A stretch of DNA of 64,000 nt from the NCBI GenBank assembly GCA_965116885.1, contig OZ220741.1, positions 4,736,001-4,800,000 of the forward strand, read 5' to 3'. The notes under the pieces are model-generated. The model was given only the letters and a program-made list of their open reading frames with translations. It had not been told where the DNA came from and ran no database searches. This stretch comes from Candidatus Latescibacterota bacterium. Lineage in GTDB: Bacteria; Latescibacterota; UBA2968. This document shows, one piece after another, positions 50,785 to 59,754 of the stretch (its first letter is position 1; each line of letters begins with the position of its first letter). A program made the position numbers and the translations under genes.

Positions 50785-51510
50785 TTATTCTTCCTCATCA
50801 TCTCCGTATTCTTCACCGCGATAAGCCGCGCGCAACTCGGCGATATTGGTCGCCTTCTTAACGCGCGCCTGAAGCGCCTCTTCCCCTGCGATCAGTTCCT
50901 TCACATTCGCCAGTACCTCCGCCATCCGATCTGCGGGAAACTTAACCGCGCCATTTTCATCCATGTGAATAATCTCGCCAGGCGCGACATCCATGCCGCA
51001 AATCGACACCGGAATATTCACCGCCTGCACAGCCTGATCGCCATGCCCCGGCGATATACCCGTCAACAAATACTGAAACCCCATCGGACGGATTTCATCG
51101 ATATCTCTCGACGGCCCATTAGACACACAGCCCACGCACCCCAGTGCTTTCATCGTCGTCGTCATATTGCCGCCCGCAAGCCCTACCTTACCAGCAATCT
51201 CTGGCGGAAACTTCTGCTCCAGCGCCAGTACCGTCGGCTTTGGCGACGCATCCAGCGCCTCGGCCACATCCATAAACGACAACCGGCTAAATCCCGCATC
51301 TGGCAACGCAAAAGTACACGTCACAGCATACCCACACCGCGCACCGAGTTCTGGATACATACACTTAATCGTCTGATCCGTGTACCAATTTTCAAGCCAC
51401 GGATTATAAAGCCCCAAACACAACGGATTATTCGGATACGTCGCCACCACATTTGTAATAGACGGCGTATCGAAATTCTCCAGCTCCTTCAAAATCTCCT
51501 GCTCTGTCAT
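50785..51510 (-). CDS. RraA/HMG-aldolase family protein
   Basis: DTPSITN, GYAVT, GGNM, SNGPSRDIDE, VAPGEIIHMDENG. Confidence 0.85.
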   Translation of the reverse strand: MTEQEILKELENFDTPSITNVVATYPNNPLCLGLYNPWLENWYTDQTIKCMYPELGARCGYAVTCTFALPDAGFSRLSFMDVAEALDASPKPTVLALEQKFPPEIAGKVGLAGGNMTTTMKALGCVGCVSNGPSRDIDEIRPMGFQYLLTGISPGHGDQAVQAVNIPVSICGMDVAPGEIIHMDENGAVKFPADRMAEVLANVKELIAGEEALQARVKKATNIAELRAAYRGEEYGDDEEE

Positions 51511-51549
51511 GGTAATCTCCTTAAAAGGCGGTCAGCCCGCCCAGTTCAT

Positions 51550-51576
51550 CGGGCGACCACAGGGGGTCGCCCCTAC
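51550..51576. repeat. GTAG-type REP-like palindrome, variant copy
   Basis: CGGGCGACCACAGGGGGTCGCCCCTAC; stem GGGCGACC/GGTCGCCC. Confidence 0.7.
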
Positions 51577-51598
51577 TGACCAATTCACTTCACACTTC

Positions 51599-52567
51599 TC
51601 ACTTCTTCCCCACCTTCACCACATGTCCCTGATCCCAATCCTGAATCAGCGGCTCCAGATCATCCCAAAACGCCTCGGGAATTTCAATACTACCAGCTTC
51701 GGCATTTTGAATCGTCTCCGCTTTGTTTCGCCCCCCGCAAATCGCCGTTGCAATCAACGGATGCCGTGTACACCACTGCAGCGATGCCGCCACCAGTGGA
51801 ATGCCATAATCGTCGCAAAGCGCTTTTACCTTCCCAACACGGTCTAAAACCGCCTGACTAAAATTGCGATTCACATAAGAATGCCCGGGCAAGGGTCCCG
51901 TCGCCAGCAAACCGCGCTCCAGAGGTGTAGCAAGCGCAATCCCCACATTGTGTTTTTCAGCACCGGGAAAAATGAAGGTATCCGCCGTGCGGTTCAACAA
52001 ACTCCACGCATCGGGAACCACCGAAGCATCAAACTCGCCCGTATCAATATAGGGACCATTGGAATCGGGATCATTCGCCGCAATGCCAACAAAACGCACC
52101 ACACCCTCATCCTGCAATTTGCGCAACGCCCCAAGCGCGCCATCTTTTGCCATCACCTGCTGCATCGGAAAATCCATCGGGTCGTGAATATACAACACGT
52201 CAAACGCATCCAACCCCAACCGCTCCTGGCTGTCTTCCACCTGCTGCATCACCCCGTCGAGAGAGAAATCGTATTCATTTCCCGATCTCCCCACTTTTGT
52301 CGTCACCGTACACTTGTCAGCCAGATCGGGGCGTTCGCGCAACGCGCGACCAATAATTTTCTCGCTCACAGTATTCCCGTAAAGCGGCGCTGTATCGACC
52401 AGCGTACACCCGGCCTCAATAGCAGCCACCACATTCTCTACACCCACATCTTCATCAACTCCCGGCAAAAAATGACCATCTGGCCCCATCACACGAGCGA
52501 GAAACGCCGTGCCAAAACTGACGATTGGAACCTCCAACCCCGTTCTGCCCAATATCTTACTCTGCAT
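51599..52567 (-). CDS. Aldo/keto reductase
   Basis: LGRTGLEV, VDTAPLYG, SEKIIG, TTKVG, SQERLG, LYIHDP. Confidence 0.93.
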   Translation of the reverse strand: MQSKILGRTGLEVPIVSFGTAFLARVMGPDGHFLPGVDEDVGVENVVAAIEAGCTLVDTAPLYGNTVSEKIIGRALRERPDLADKCTVTTKVGRSGNEYDFSLDGVMQQVEDSQERLGLDAFDVLYIHDPMDFPMQQVMAKDGALGALRKLQDEGVVRFVGIAANDPDSNGPYIDTGEFDASVVPDAWSLLNRTADTFIFPGAEKHNVGIALATPLERGLLATGPLPGHSYVNRNFSQAVLDRVGKVKALCDDYGIPLVAASLQWCTRHPLIATAICGGRNKAETIQNAEAGSIEIPEAFWDDLEPLIQDWDQGHVVKVGKK

Positions 52568-52665
52568 CGCAAATCTCCTCCTAAAAAAACCCCTCGCATA
52601 ATAGACGACAGAACCCCGCGTGTCAATGCGAAAAAATCCCCTGCTCTATGTCATGGTTATGAGTA

Positions 52666-52990
52666 ATGTTACACAGCTTTAAACAAATTTGCGTTGCTTG
52701 TCGAAAGTGTTGGTGATAATTCCACCTTTTTCTCTTTGTTCTGCCTTCGGCGACCTACTTTTTGTCACCAGCAACAAAAAGTAGGCAAAAAATGCCGCTC
52801 TCAAACGCCGAGGGGCTGGCACAGCGCAAACTGCTCAGGTAGATAGACGCCATGTGATGACCTTCAAAGTGGAATGCAAACAATAAGGATGGTGGTTAAC
52901 GGAATAGCGCGCTGTGCAGAATGGTTTTGATTGATGGCGTTTTATGAGGGTGCATTTTTGTAATGGCTTATTTAAAGTACTGTGTAACAT
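52666..52990. mobile_element. Non-coding MITE-like foldback element, 325 bp
   Basis: Terminal inverted repeats ATGTTACACAG(--)CTTTAAA / TTTAAAGTACTGTGTAACAT plus nested internal inverted repeats. Confidence 0.6.
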
Positions 52991-53178
52991 CAGGAAAATA
53001 ATATTGACAGGCTATTAGCAATCTGTTGTATTTGCAAGTATTATGACAAATGAGATACGTGTCGCTGATCTCAATTTATCCTCTGACTACGCAGACGGGG
53101 CTTAACGGCGCGTGCGGGTACGATTGTTTGGACATGATAGGTTCCCTATATGCTCAATATTTTCAGGTTGGTTGAATA

Positions 53179-54171
53179 ATGGGTATAAGCGTAAAAGATC
53201 GCAAGATTCTATGGACGAGAGCGGGAAATCAATGCGCGTTCCCGGGATGTAGGCAGGAGCTTGTCGAGAAGACCCAAGATGTCGGTCCTGACATCGTTGT
53301 CGGTGAGGAAGCACATATAGTGTCGCGAAGCCGTAAAGGTCCACGGGGTTGCGAACCGATTCCCCAAGAAGGAATGGATTCATACACCAACATCATTCTT
53401 TTATGTCCCACGCATCACAATATTGTCGATAGTGCGCCCGACATTTATACCAAGCAATATATGATCGACATTAAATCTGCACACGAACACAGAGTAAGAT
53501 TCAATCAGCCTTTGGATGGATACTTGCTTGAAGTGGCTGCTACGGTACCCAATGCAATCGGAAAAGCTGTTAATTGCTGGCAGATCGGTGGCTCAATCGT
53601 AGTTATCTACTCGTATGGATCTTCGCCTATCCGGCTGGATAACGATCACTGGCGTGCTGCTGGTGTCAGAATTGGTCAATTGCATGCCACAGAAGATGTC
53701 CACTGGCTATTCGATAGTTCCGAAGCAGAGCCTGATATCGAGTACTGGCCTTCGGACTCCAAGTTTTATGTTGTTCAAGAGACATTTTTATACGACGAAA
53801 ATCGTTTTGCACCCTTCGTAAAGCATGAATTTGATCTCGCTAAGGTGCCTGCTTTATCACAAGTGGAGTTGTTGCTGGATGCAGACCCCTCCCTTGTTGT
53901 AAAAATTCCGGATATCGTCAAAGAGATAGGGGCAATTGATCGCGGCGACCATAGTGACCGTCTTGACGTTCTTCTTTTTCAGATGTGGAGAGCGGGCCTC
54001 AGTGACCCCATCCGGGTCTGCGAAGAGTTTCAACGATTTAAAGGAGCGTGGTGGTACAGCGGTGCAAATTCGGAAGGGGTCACTTCGAGGTCAAAGGAGT
54101 TAGCTCTTGTTCAAAGGGCACGAGCCTCTCTAAATAGTGCCGACTATCCGCGGGCGCGTCATCAATCTTGA
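53179..54171 (+). CDS. HNH endonuclease domain fused to an unknown C-terminal domain
   Basis: LWTRAGNQCAFPGC...GEEAHI...GPR...NIILLCPTHHNIVD. Confidence 0.85.
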   Translation: MGISVKDRKILWTRAGNQCAFPGCRQELVEKTQDVGPDIVVGEEAHIVSRSRKGPRGCEPIPQEGMDSYTNIILLCPTHHNIVDSAPDIYTKQYMIDIKSAHEHRVRFNQPLDGYLLEVAATVPNAIGKAVNCWQIGGSIVVIYSYGSSPIRLDNDHWRAAGVRIGQLHATEDVHWLFDSSEAEPDIEYWPSDSKFYVVQETFLYDENRFAPFVKHEFDLAKVPALSQVELLLDADPSLVVKIPDIVKEIGAIDRGDHSDRLDVLLFQMWRAGLSDPIRVCEEFQRFKGAWWYSGANSEGVTSRSKELALVQRARASLNSADYPRARHQS

Positions 54172-54283
54172 TCTTTTGGAAGTAACACACCTCCTTCAAT
54201 GTACCTGAATCAGACTATGATGGAAACAACTACCCGCCCATTTTTCGCCCTCTACATCATGACATGCGGAAGGAAAATTCACT

Positions 54284-56011
54284 GTGAATATTGATTCCAT
54301 ACACTTCAAGGGACATAGTTGTTTCAAAAAAGAGTGGGCTGGCTTCGACACAATCAAGCCCATCAACGTCATTATAGGACGTAATAACTCTGGAAAATCG
54401 CACCTCTTGGATTTAGTGGAAGCATTATGCGACGGCACCATCAACGGCCAAGGTTGGCAATATCGGTGCAGTAGCGTATTAGACGAGGAGTCATTAAGAA
54501 GTAAGTTTCCCGAAAACACGAGCGGAGGCGCACTGGGAGGAAATCACTGGCAGGCACACGGACAACATTTTGTCGATAAGCCGATAACCTGGAAGGTTGA
54601 TACAAGTGGAAGCATAGTCTTTTCCGATGATTTCAAATTAGACTCTCCTCGGGGTGAAAACTCAACCAATGTCCGGCGCTCATTAATTAGCCAAATCCTG
54701 CAAAACGTAACTCACCAATTTAACGGGCATTCATTCCGCAGACTTCTCGCAGATAGAGACATAAAAACCGAGCCGCAAGATGTTAATCTAACACTTGGAC
54801 CGGATGGAAATGGTGCTTCCAACATAATTCGGCGTTTCATCCTGACCACCAACGTGGAATTTCCGAGAGAAATTATACAGCGAGAACTTCGGGGTGCCCT
54901 GAATTCCATTTTTGGAAATGATGGTCAGTTTTCAGAAATACAGGTACAACATCATGACGATGGAACATCAGGTGGGCTACAAGATCATTGGGAGGTCTAT
55001 CTCGGTGAAGATAAAAAGGGTCTAATTCCCTTAAGCAAATCGGGAAGCGGACTGAAAACCATTCTTCTGGTGCTGCTGAACTTATTGGTCATACCCAAGG
55101 CCAAGATATCGGAGAACAGAAACAAATCTGGATTTGTATTCGCTTTCGAAGAACTTGAAAATAATCTCCATCCAGCACTCCTGCGGCGGCTTTTTCAGTA
55201 TATTGAAAAATACGCCATCACTGAAAAGGTATATATTTTTTTGACAACTCATTCGAGCACGGCATTGGATTTCTTTGGTGTCTCGAAAAATGCTCAAATA
55301 ATCCATGTTTTACATGATGGAGAATCGGCACGTACGATACCAGTTTCCGCACACTTCGATCACCTCGGAGTGGTATCCGAATTAGGTGCGAAACCATCGG
55401 ATTTACTCCAGGCAAATGGCATAGTTTGGGTGGAAGGGCCATCTGATCGCATTTATCTCAATCGCTGGGTTGGCCTCTATTCGGAAGGTCGTTTTCAGGA
55501 GGGTCGGGATTATCAGTGTGCTTTCTACGGTGGATCGCTTTTGGCACGGATACAATTCAAATCTCCCGAGGAAGCCGAAACCGATCTTGTTAATCTACTC
55601 AGCGTTAATCCAAATATCATCGTTGTGTGTGATGGGGATCGAACTGCCAAAGATTCTGATATAAAGGGAAGGGTGAAGAGGATTAACACGGAGGTACAAA
55701 AAATACCTGATGCTCATATTTGGATAACCGATGCGAAGGAAATTGAAAATTATATTCCAAGCTCTGTCCTCGAGAAGGCATTAGACCTTTCAGGACTTCG
55801 TGATCCTGAACAGTATGAGAACTTTTTTCCTCGTAAAAAAGCCTGTTCCGAGTCATATATCGAAGCCAATCTGAATCGGCGCAATGTCCATAAGGAAGAT
55901 TTAGCCAGATCAAGCGTTCCGCACATGACGAACGACATAATGGCGAATCGCTTTGATTGGAAAGAACAGATGAAAGAAATTGTTACCCGTATAGAATCCT
56001 GGAATACTTGA
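54284..56011 (+). CDS. OLD-family ATP-dependent nuclease (ABC ATPase plus TOPRIM)
   Basis: GRNNSGKS Walker A, SGSG signature, FEELENNLHP Walker B/D-loop, TTHS; TOPRIM WVEGPSD, DGD, EIENY. Confidence 0.9.
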   Translation: MNIDSIHFKGHSCFKKEWAGFDTIKPINVIIGRNNSGKSHLLDLVEALCDGTINGQGWQYRCSSVLDEESLRSKFPENTSGGALGGNHWQAHGQHFVDKPITWKVDTSGSIVFSDDFKLDSPRGENSTNVRRSLISQILQNVTHQFNGHSFRRLLADRDIKTEPQDVNLTLGPDGNGASNIIRRFILTTNVEFPREIIQRELRGALNSIFGNDGQFSEIQVQHHDDGTSGGLQDHWEVYLGEDKKGLIPLSKSGSGLKTILLVLLNLLVIPKAKISENRNKSGFVFAFEELENNLHPALLRRLFQYIEKYAITEKVYIFLTTHSSTALDFFGVSKNAQIIHVLHDGESARTIPVSAHFDHLGVVSELGAKPSDLLQANGIVWVEGPSDRIYLNRWVGLYSEGRFQEGRDYQCAFYGGSLLARIQFKSPEEAETDLVNLLSVNPNIIVVCDGDRTAKDSDIKGRVKRINTEVQKIPDAHIWITDAKEIENYIPSSVLEKALDLSGLRDPEQYENFFPRKKACSESYIEANLNRRNVHKEDLARSSVPHMTNDIMANRFDWKEQMKEIVTRIESWNT

Positions 56012-56073
56012 AGGGCATGAACCTTGTCAATGCCACATGTGTTAGATTGTGAACCTGAAATGGAGATCTCATT

Positions 56074-56535
56074 GTAAGTCAAAAATTTAATTTTGAGAAT
56101 CTCGTTGAGTTGTGTCGGCGAACCCACGATCAAACGCAACGCTCAGCAACGCAAGCTATTGATCGCGCACTTGTCGCACGTAATTGGCTATTCGGCTGGT
56201 ATATCGTCGAGTATGAGCAGAACGGCGCAGACAGGGCAGAATACGGATCGCAGACCCTGAAAAGGCTTTCAGCAGCCCTGAAAACCAAGATTGGCTGTGG
56301 GTTCTCTGTGGATGCCCTGGAACGGATGCGCCGGTTCTACCTGCTTTACAAACACATCATTCCCGATGCTCTCGAGGCGGAAAAATTCGCAACAGTGTCG
56401 CGGATTTCCGACAGTGGAAAGATTTCCGCGACAGCGTCGCGGATTTTGCCCAAACAGTCTCTGAAGCGCGAAGATATCGCAGTTGTCATTCTACCGGAAA
56501 CCAGACAACGATTTTCCTTCGGATAGTCCCACACA
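56074..56535 (+). pseudogene. DUF1016/YhcG N-terminal fragment
   Basis: RNWLFGWYIVEYEQNGADRAEYG, GFS...LERMRRFY; G-stop-S-H (TAG) where the family has WSH; no canonical start after the RBS and no C-terminal nuclease domain. Confidence 0.8.
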
Positions 56536-56749
56536 GTTAGCCATATCAGTGTATTAGCATGTCAGAAGTCGTTGAGAAGTAAGTTTCTCGAAAACATAAG
56601 AGACGGTGTCGGTAGGAAACCACTGATTTGACCGCGAACAACATTTTGTCGATATTTCTATAACCTGGGAGGTTGCAGCAAATGGGGACATATCTACCGA
56701 GGTATTCCCCGACAATCTCAAAATGTACGGATGTAGAGGGGGAGCCGAC

Positions 56750-57829
56750 ATGGCACAGCCACAACATCGCAGCAAAGACAACTTGCAACAGAGCGAATAC
56801 TGGATGCGTACCGTCTCGTTTGCAGGACTCCATCGCATTTTGAAAGCCGTTGCAGACTTTCCGACCGGACTCAAGGCTAGTGAGATTAACAACCTGGTGC
56901 TGAAAAATAAAATCTCACTTACTCGGCGTAATTCTCCCCCTTCACCTACTACCCTTTACCACTATCGGAATACCTTGTTACACCTACGCGCACTCAAACG
57001 AGATGGACGGATGTTGCGTATCAACTACGATGACCCTGACGTCTGCAAACTACTACATCAACCAGCCCCAGCCAACGGAGATCAATCGCTATGTGATGCT
57101 GCGAAAGACCCATTTGCAGCACTGGTTTTGAAAAACGAACAATGCAGATCGCTTTTCTTCGATCTTTTCATGCCTTTGGATATAAGTTCTGGTACCGTCT
57201 CCAACTTCCGGCAAAAGGGTGTCCCCGTTAAGTGGACCCGCCACCATTCCTCTCACGCTGGAGAGGTCGTTTTTGAAAATAATACGACAGGCTACACGGC
57301 ACGTTGTGTATCACCTGTAAGCGTGACTGCAATTCTATATGGCTTACGCTACTGGGCGCGTGATGAATTAGGACTCATTGACGAATACTGCCAACAAGCT
57401 GGTGGTGATACGATCATGTTTCCCTTATCCCACCCAGAGCCTTTCTCAACAGAAATTGATTCTCCTGTACTGCGGACAGTGCACTTACTACTTTCTCTAC
57501 GTACCTCACGAGAATGGACTCTTTTTTCCATTTCCGATCTCATCGCTCGTTGCTGTGTAGAACAAAGGCAACCGATTAGTGTGCTCTTCCGTGCCATTGA
57601 TTGGATACTCAAAAAATGGCCTAATCATATTTTGCTGATCCCAACATCTCGTGCCCTCGCTACGCTGACAGCGACATCGCCACAACGGGAGAATCTGGAG
57701 TTGCGAAGATATTACAGGACTTCAAATGGCCCCTATATCTCCCATATCCGCATACATCAAGAAATAACGATCAAATCCCAAGAGGTGACAAACAAACATG
57801 TCCAATATTCTGGAAAAACTCCGGCTTGA
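56750..57829 (+). CDS. Hypothetical protein, probable winged-helix DNA-binding domains
   Basis: ATG 56750 after GGAG; LHRILKAV...GLKASEI...SPTTLYHYRNTLLHL looks wHTH-like; overlaps the next gene. Confidence 0.65.
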   Translation: MAQPQHRSKDNLQQSEYWMRTVSFAGLHRILKAVADFPTGLKASEINNLVLKNKISLTRRNSPPSPTTLYHYRNTLLHLRALKRDGRMLRINYDDPDVCKLLHQPAPANGDQSLCDAAKDPFAALVLKNEQCRSLFFDLFMPLDISSGTVSNFRQKGVPVKWTRHHSSHAGEVVFENNTTGYTARCVSPVSVTAILYGLRYWARDELGLIDEYCQQAGGDTIMFPLSHPEPFSTEIDSPVLRTVHLLLSLRTSREWTLFSISDLIARCCVEQRQPISVLFRAIDWILKKWPNHILLIPTSRALATLTATSPQRENLELRRYYRTSNGPYISHIRIHQEITIKSQEVTNKHVQYSGKTPA

Positions 57830-58988
57830 CTTTAATCCCTTTGAGCCAGCGGCAACAGGTGCGCCCCTCCATGCCAAATTGTCGCCCCCAAAAGACTTGG
57901 AATCTCGAATGAAAAAACTTCTCGACTTACATCAAAAAGGAACTGGTGTCAAGGCCATAGTCATCGTTGGAGAGTACGGGACAGGAAAGACCTGTCTCTT
58001 GCAATGGCTCCATAACGAGGTTTTTCCAAGCCGTCAAATCAAATCGTTTTACTTCGACAATCCAGGGGTGCAATTCTACGACCTTGCCAATATGTTGTTA
58101 CGTACTATCGGACGTAAGGACTTTGCAAAATTTATCTGGGAGCTTGCCGGTTCGCATGTGCCTGGTTCGCATCAAACAAGCCTTTTTGAAAAAGGTTATG
58201 AGGCGTATTTGTCCAGTTCGTTCCGCCCAGGCCGACAACAGGATATGACAAGTCCCCTCCAAGAAGCGATTATAAATGCGGATGTCACGACCGACGAACA
58301 GATCGCGCACTGTCTCGCCCGGATCGTTACCGAAATTGTAAAAAAACCATATTTTGAATATCGGGACTTCATACCGAGGCAGAGTGGCAGCATGGTTCCA
58401 GAAGGAGAAGAAGCACGATACTTTCGTGCAATATTGAAAACGATCTCACAGGGAATGGGTGCCAAGGCCATAGCATTTCTGATCGACGAATTTGAGGAAA
58501 TAGGTCTTCAAAAAAGGCTCACCAGACGTGCTGCACATGATTACTTAGCGACGCTGAAACGTTTGATAAACCTCGCTCAAAGCGAACAAGTTGACTTCTG
58601 GATTGTCATGTCAATGACTCCCGAGGCCTTCGATACCACTATTAACCTCGATCCTGCGCTCGGTGAGCGTTTCTCTGGGCCATCCGAGCAAGAGCAGGTA
58701 CTTCGTATCGAACCGTTGGGTCCCAACGACGCTCTTAATTTGATGCAATCACGTATAAATGCTGCTCGTGCTAAAGAAATGGGCGAATCAACGGAAGATC
58801 TTTTTCCATTTCCAGATGATATTGTCTTCCGTCCCAACACGTACTCTAATCCCAGACGGCTCGTAAAGACCTGTTTTCGAGCAATTGCACAGGCAGATGC
58901 AGACCCACCATTTACTGAAGAATATCTTCACAAAATTGAAGATGAACTTTATCCCGACCCAACTACCAGCGAGAATGTGCAACCATGA
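57798..58988 (+). CDS. P-loop ATPase (ORC/Cdc6- or BrxD/DUF2791-like)
   Basis: FNPF start, GEYGTGKT Walker A, FLIDEFE Walker B, ALGERF, SNPRRL. Confidence 0.85.
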   Translation: MSNILEKLRLDFNPFEPAATGAPLHAKLSPPKDLESRMKKLLDLHQKGTGVKAIVIVGEYGTGKTCLLQWLHNEVFPSRQIKSFYFDNPGVQFYDLANMLLRTIGRKDFAKFIWELAGSHVPGSHQTSLFEKGYEAYLSSSFRPGRQQDMTSPLQEAIINADVTTDEQIAHCLARIVTEIVKKPYFEYRDFIPRQSGSMVPEGEEARYFRAILKTISQGMGAKAIAFLIDEFEEIGLQKRLTRRAAHDYLATLKRLINLAQSEQVDFWIVMSMTPEAFDTTINLDPALGERFSGPSEQEQVLRIEPLGPNDALNLMQSRINAARAKEMGESTEDLFPFPDDIVFRPNTYSNPRRLVKTCFRAIAQADADPPFTEEYLHKIEDELYPDPTTSENVQP

Positions 58989-59740
58989 AAGAGGAGCAAA
59001 CCTTCCAGACAGTAGTGTTTCTGGACACAATGACACTACACCATATTCGGCTTTGCTTGGAGTCCGCCAAGAAGGATGATCTTCAATTTCCTACTGACGA
59101 GCAAACGGTATCCATATTGAAAACCCATTTTGGCAGCGTTTCCGAAGGACCTCTAAAGGAATCACTTCTAAAAGGCTTGGAGACTATCGTTTTACTATCA
59201 ACAAATGATGTACAGATCGAATATGCGCCCGTCTCAGAAATTGAGATACTCACTGGAATTACAGAGGGAGAAGCACGTATAAAAGTGGCCCAAGAGGGCA
59301 TTCCTCATCGAATGTGGTCAAAGTTTCCGGAAAGAGAGATTCGAGATCGGATAATCGCCGAGGACTTAGCTGCTATCAAGGATCGTATTGACGATCTTGA
59401 CTCATTGTTAGAGGAGTCTGGCGTTACGGTTACGCGAAGTGACAACAAACGAACAAGTGATGTAATTGAATTGGCGAAAGGCATAGTTGGTCTCATCTAC
59501 ATGGGCGAAATAGATAGTATCATTTACGCAAGCGCAGTGGCTGCCGGAGCGGACTTTTTGATCACATCTGATAGCTACCTCAGAGAAACTGTGAATAATA
59601 TTCGCGATTCAAAGGATCAACGATACGAGGAAATTCGACGAAAGTTGAATGAGCTTATCGGCGATTTCGACCTTCCCAAAGCTTTCACAGTTACGGATTC
59701 AGGTAGACTTAGAGGAATATCATCTTCATCTTTCCCTTGA
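58985..59740 (+). CDS. PIN-domain protein (extended)
   Basis: VFLDT, SEIE, IDSIIYASAVAAGADFLITSD; ATGA overlap with the ATPase. Confidence 0.8.
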   Translation: MKEEQTFQTVVFLDTMTLHHIRLCLESAKKDDLQFPTDEQTVSILKTHFGSVSEGPLKESLLKGLETIVLLSTNDVQIEYAPVSEIEILTGITEGEARIKVAQEGIPHRMWSKFPEREIRDRIIAEDLAAIKDRIDDLDSLLEESGVTVTRSDNKRTSDVIELAKGIVGLIYMGEIDSIIYASAVAAGADFLITSDSYLRETVNNIRDSKDQRYEEIRRKLNELIGDFDLPKAFTVTDSGRLRGISSSSFP

Positions 59741-59754
59741 GATAGATTCTGGTT

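Noticed and set aside
53075..53150. 19-codon - strand mini-ORF MSKQSYPHAPLSPVCVVRG
   Set aside because: Too short, weak RBS and no supporting motif.
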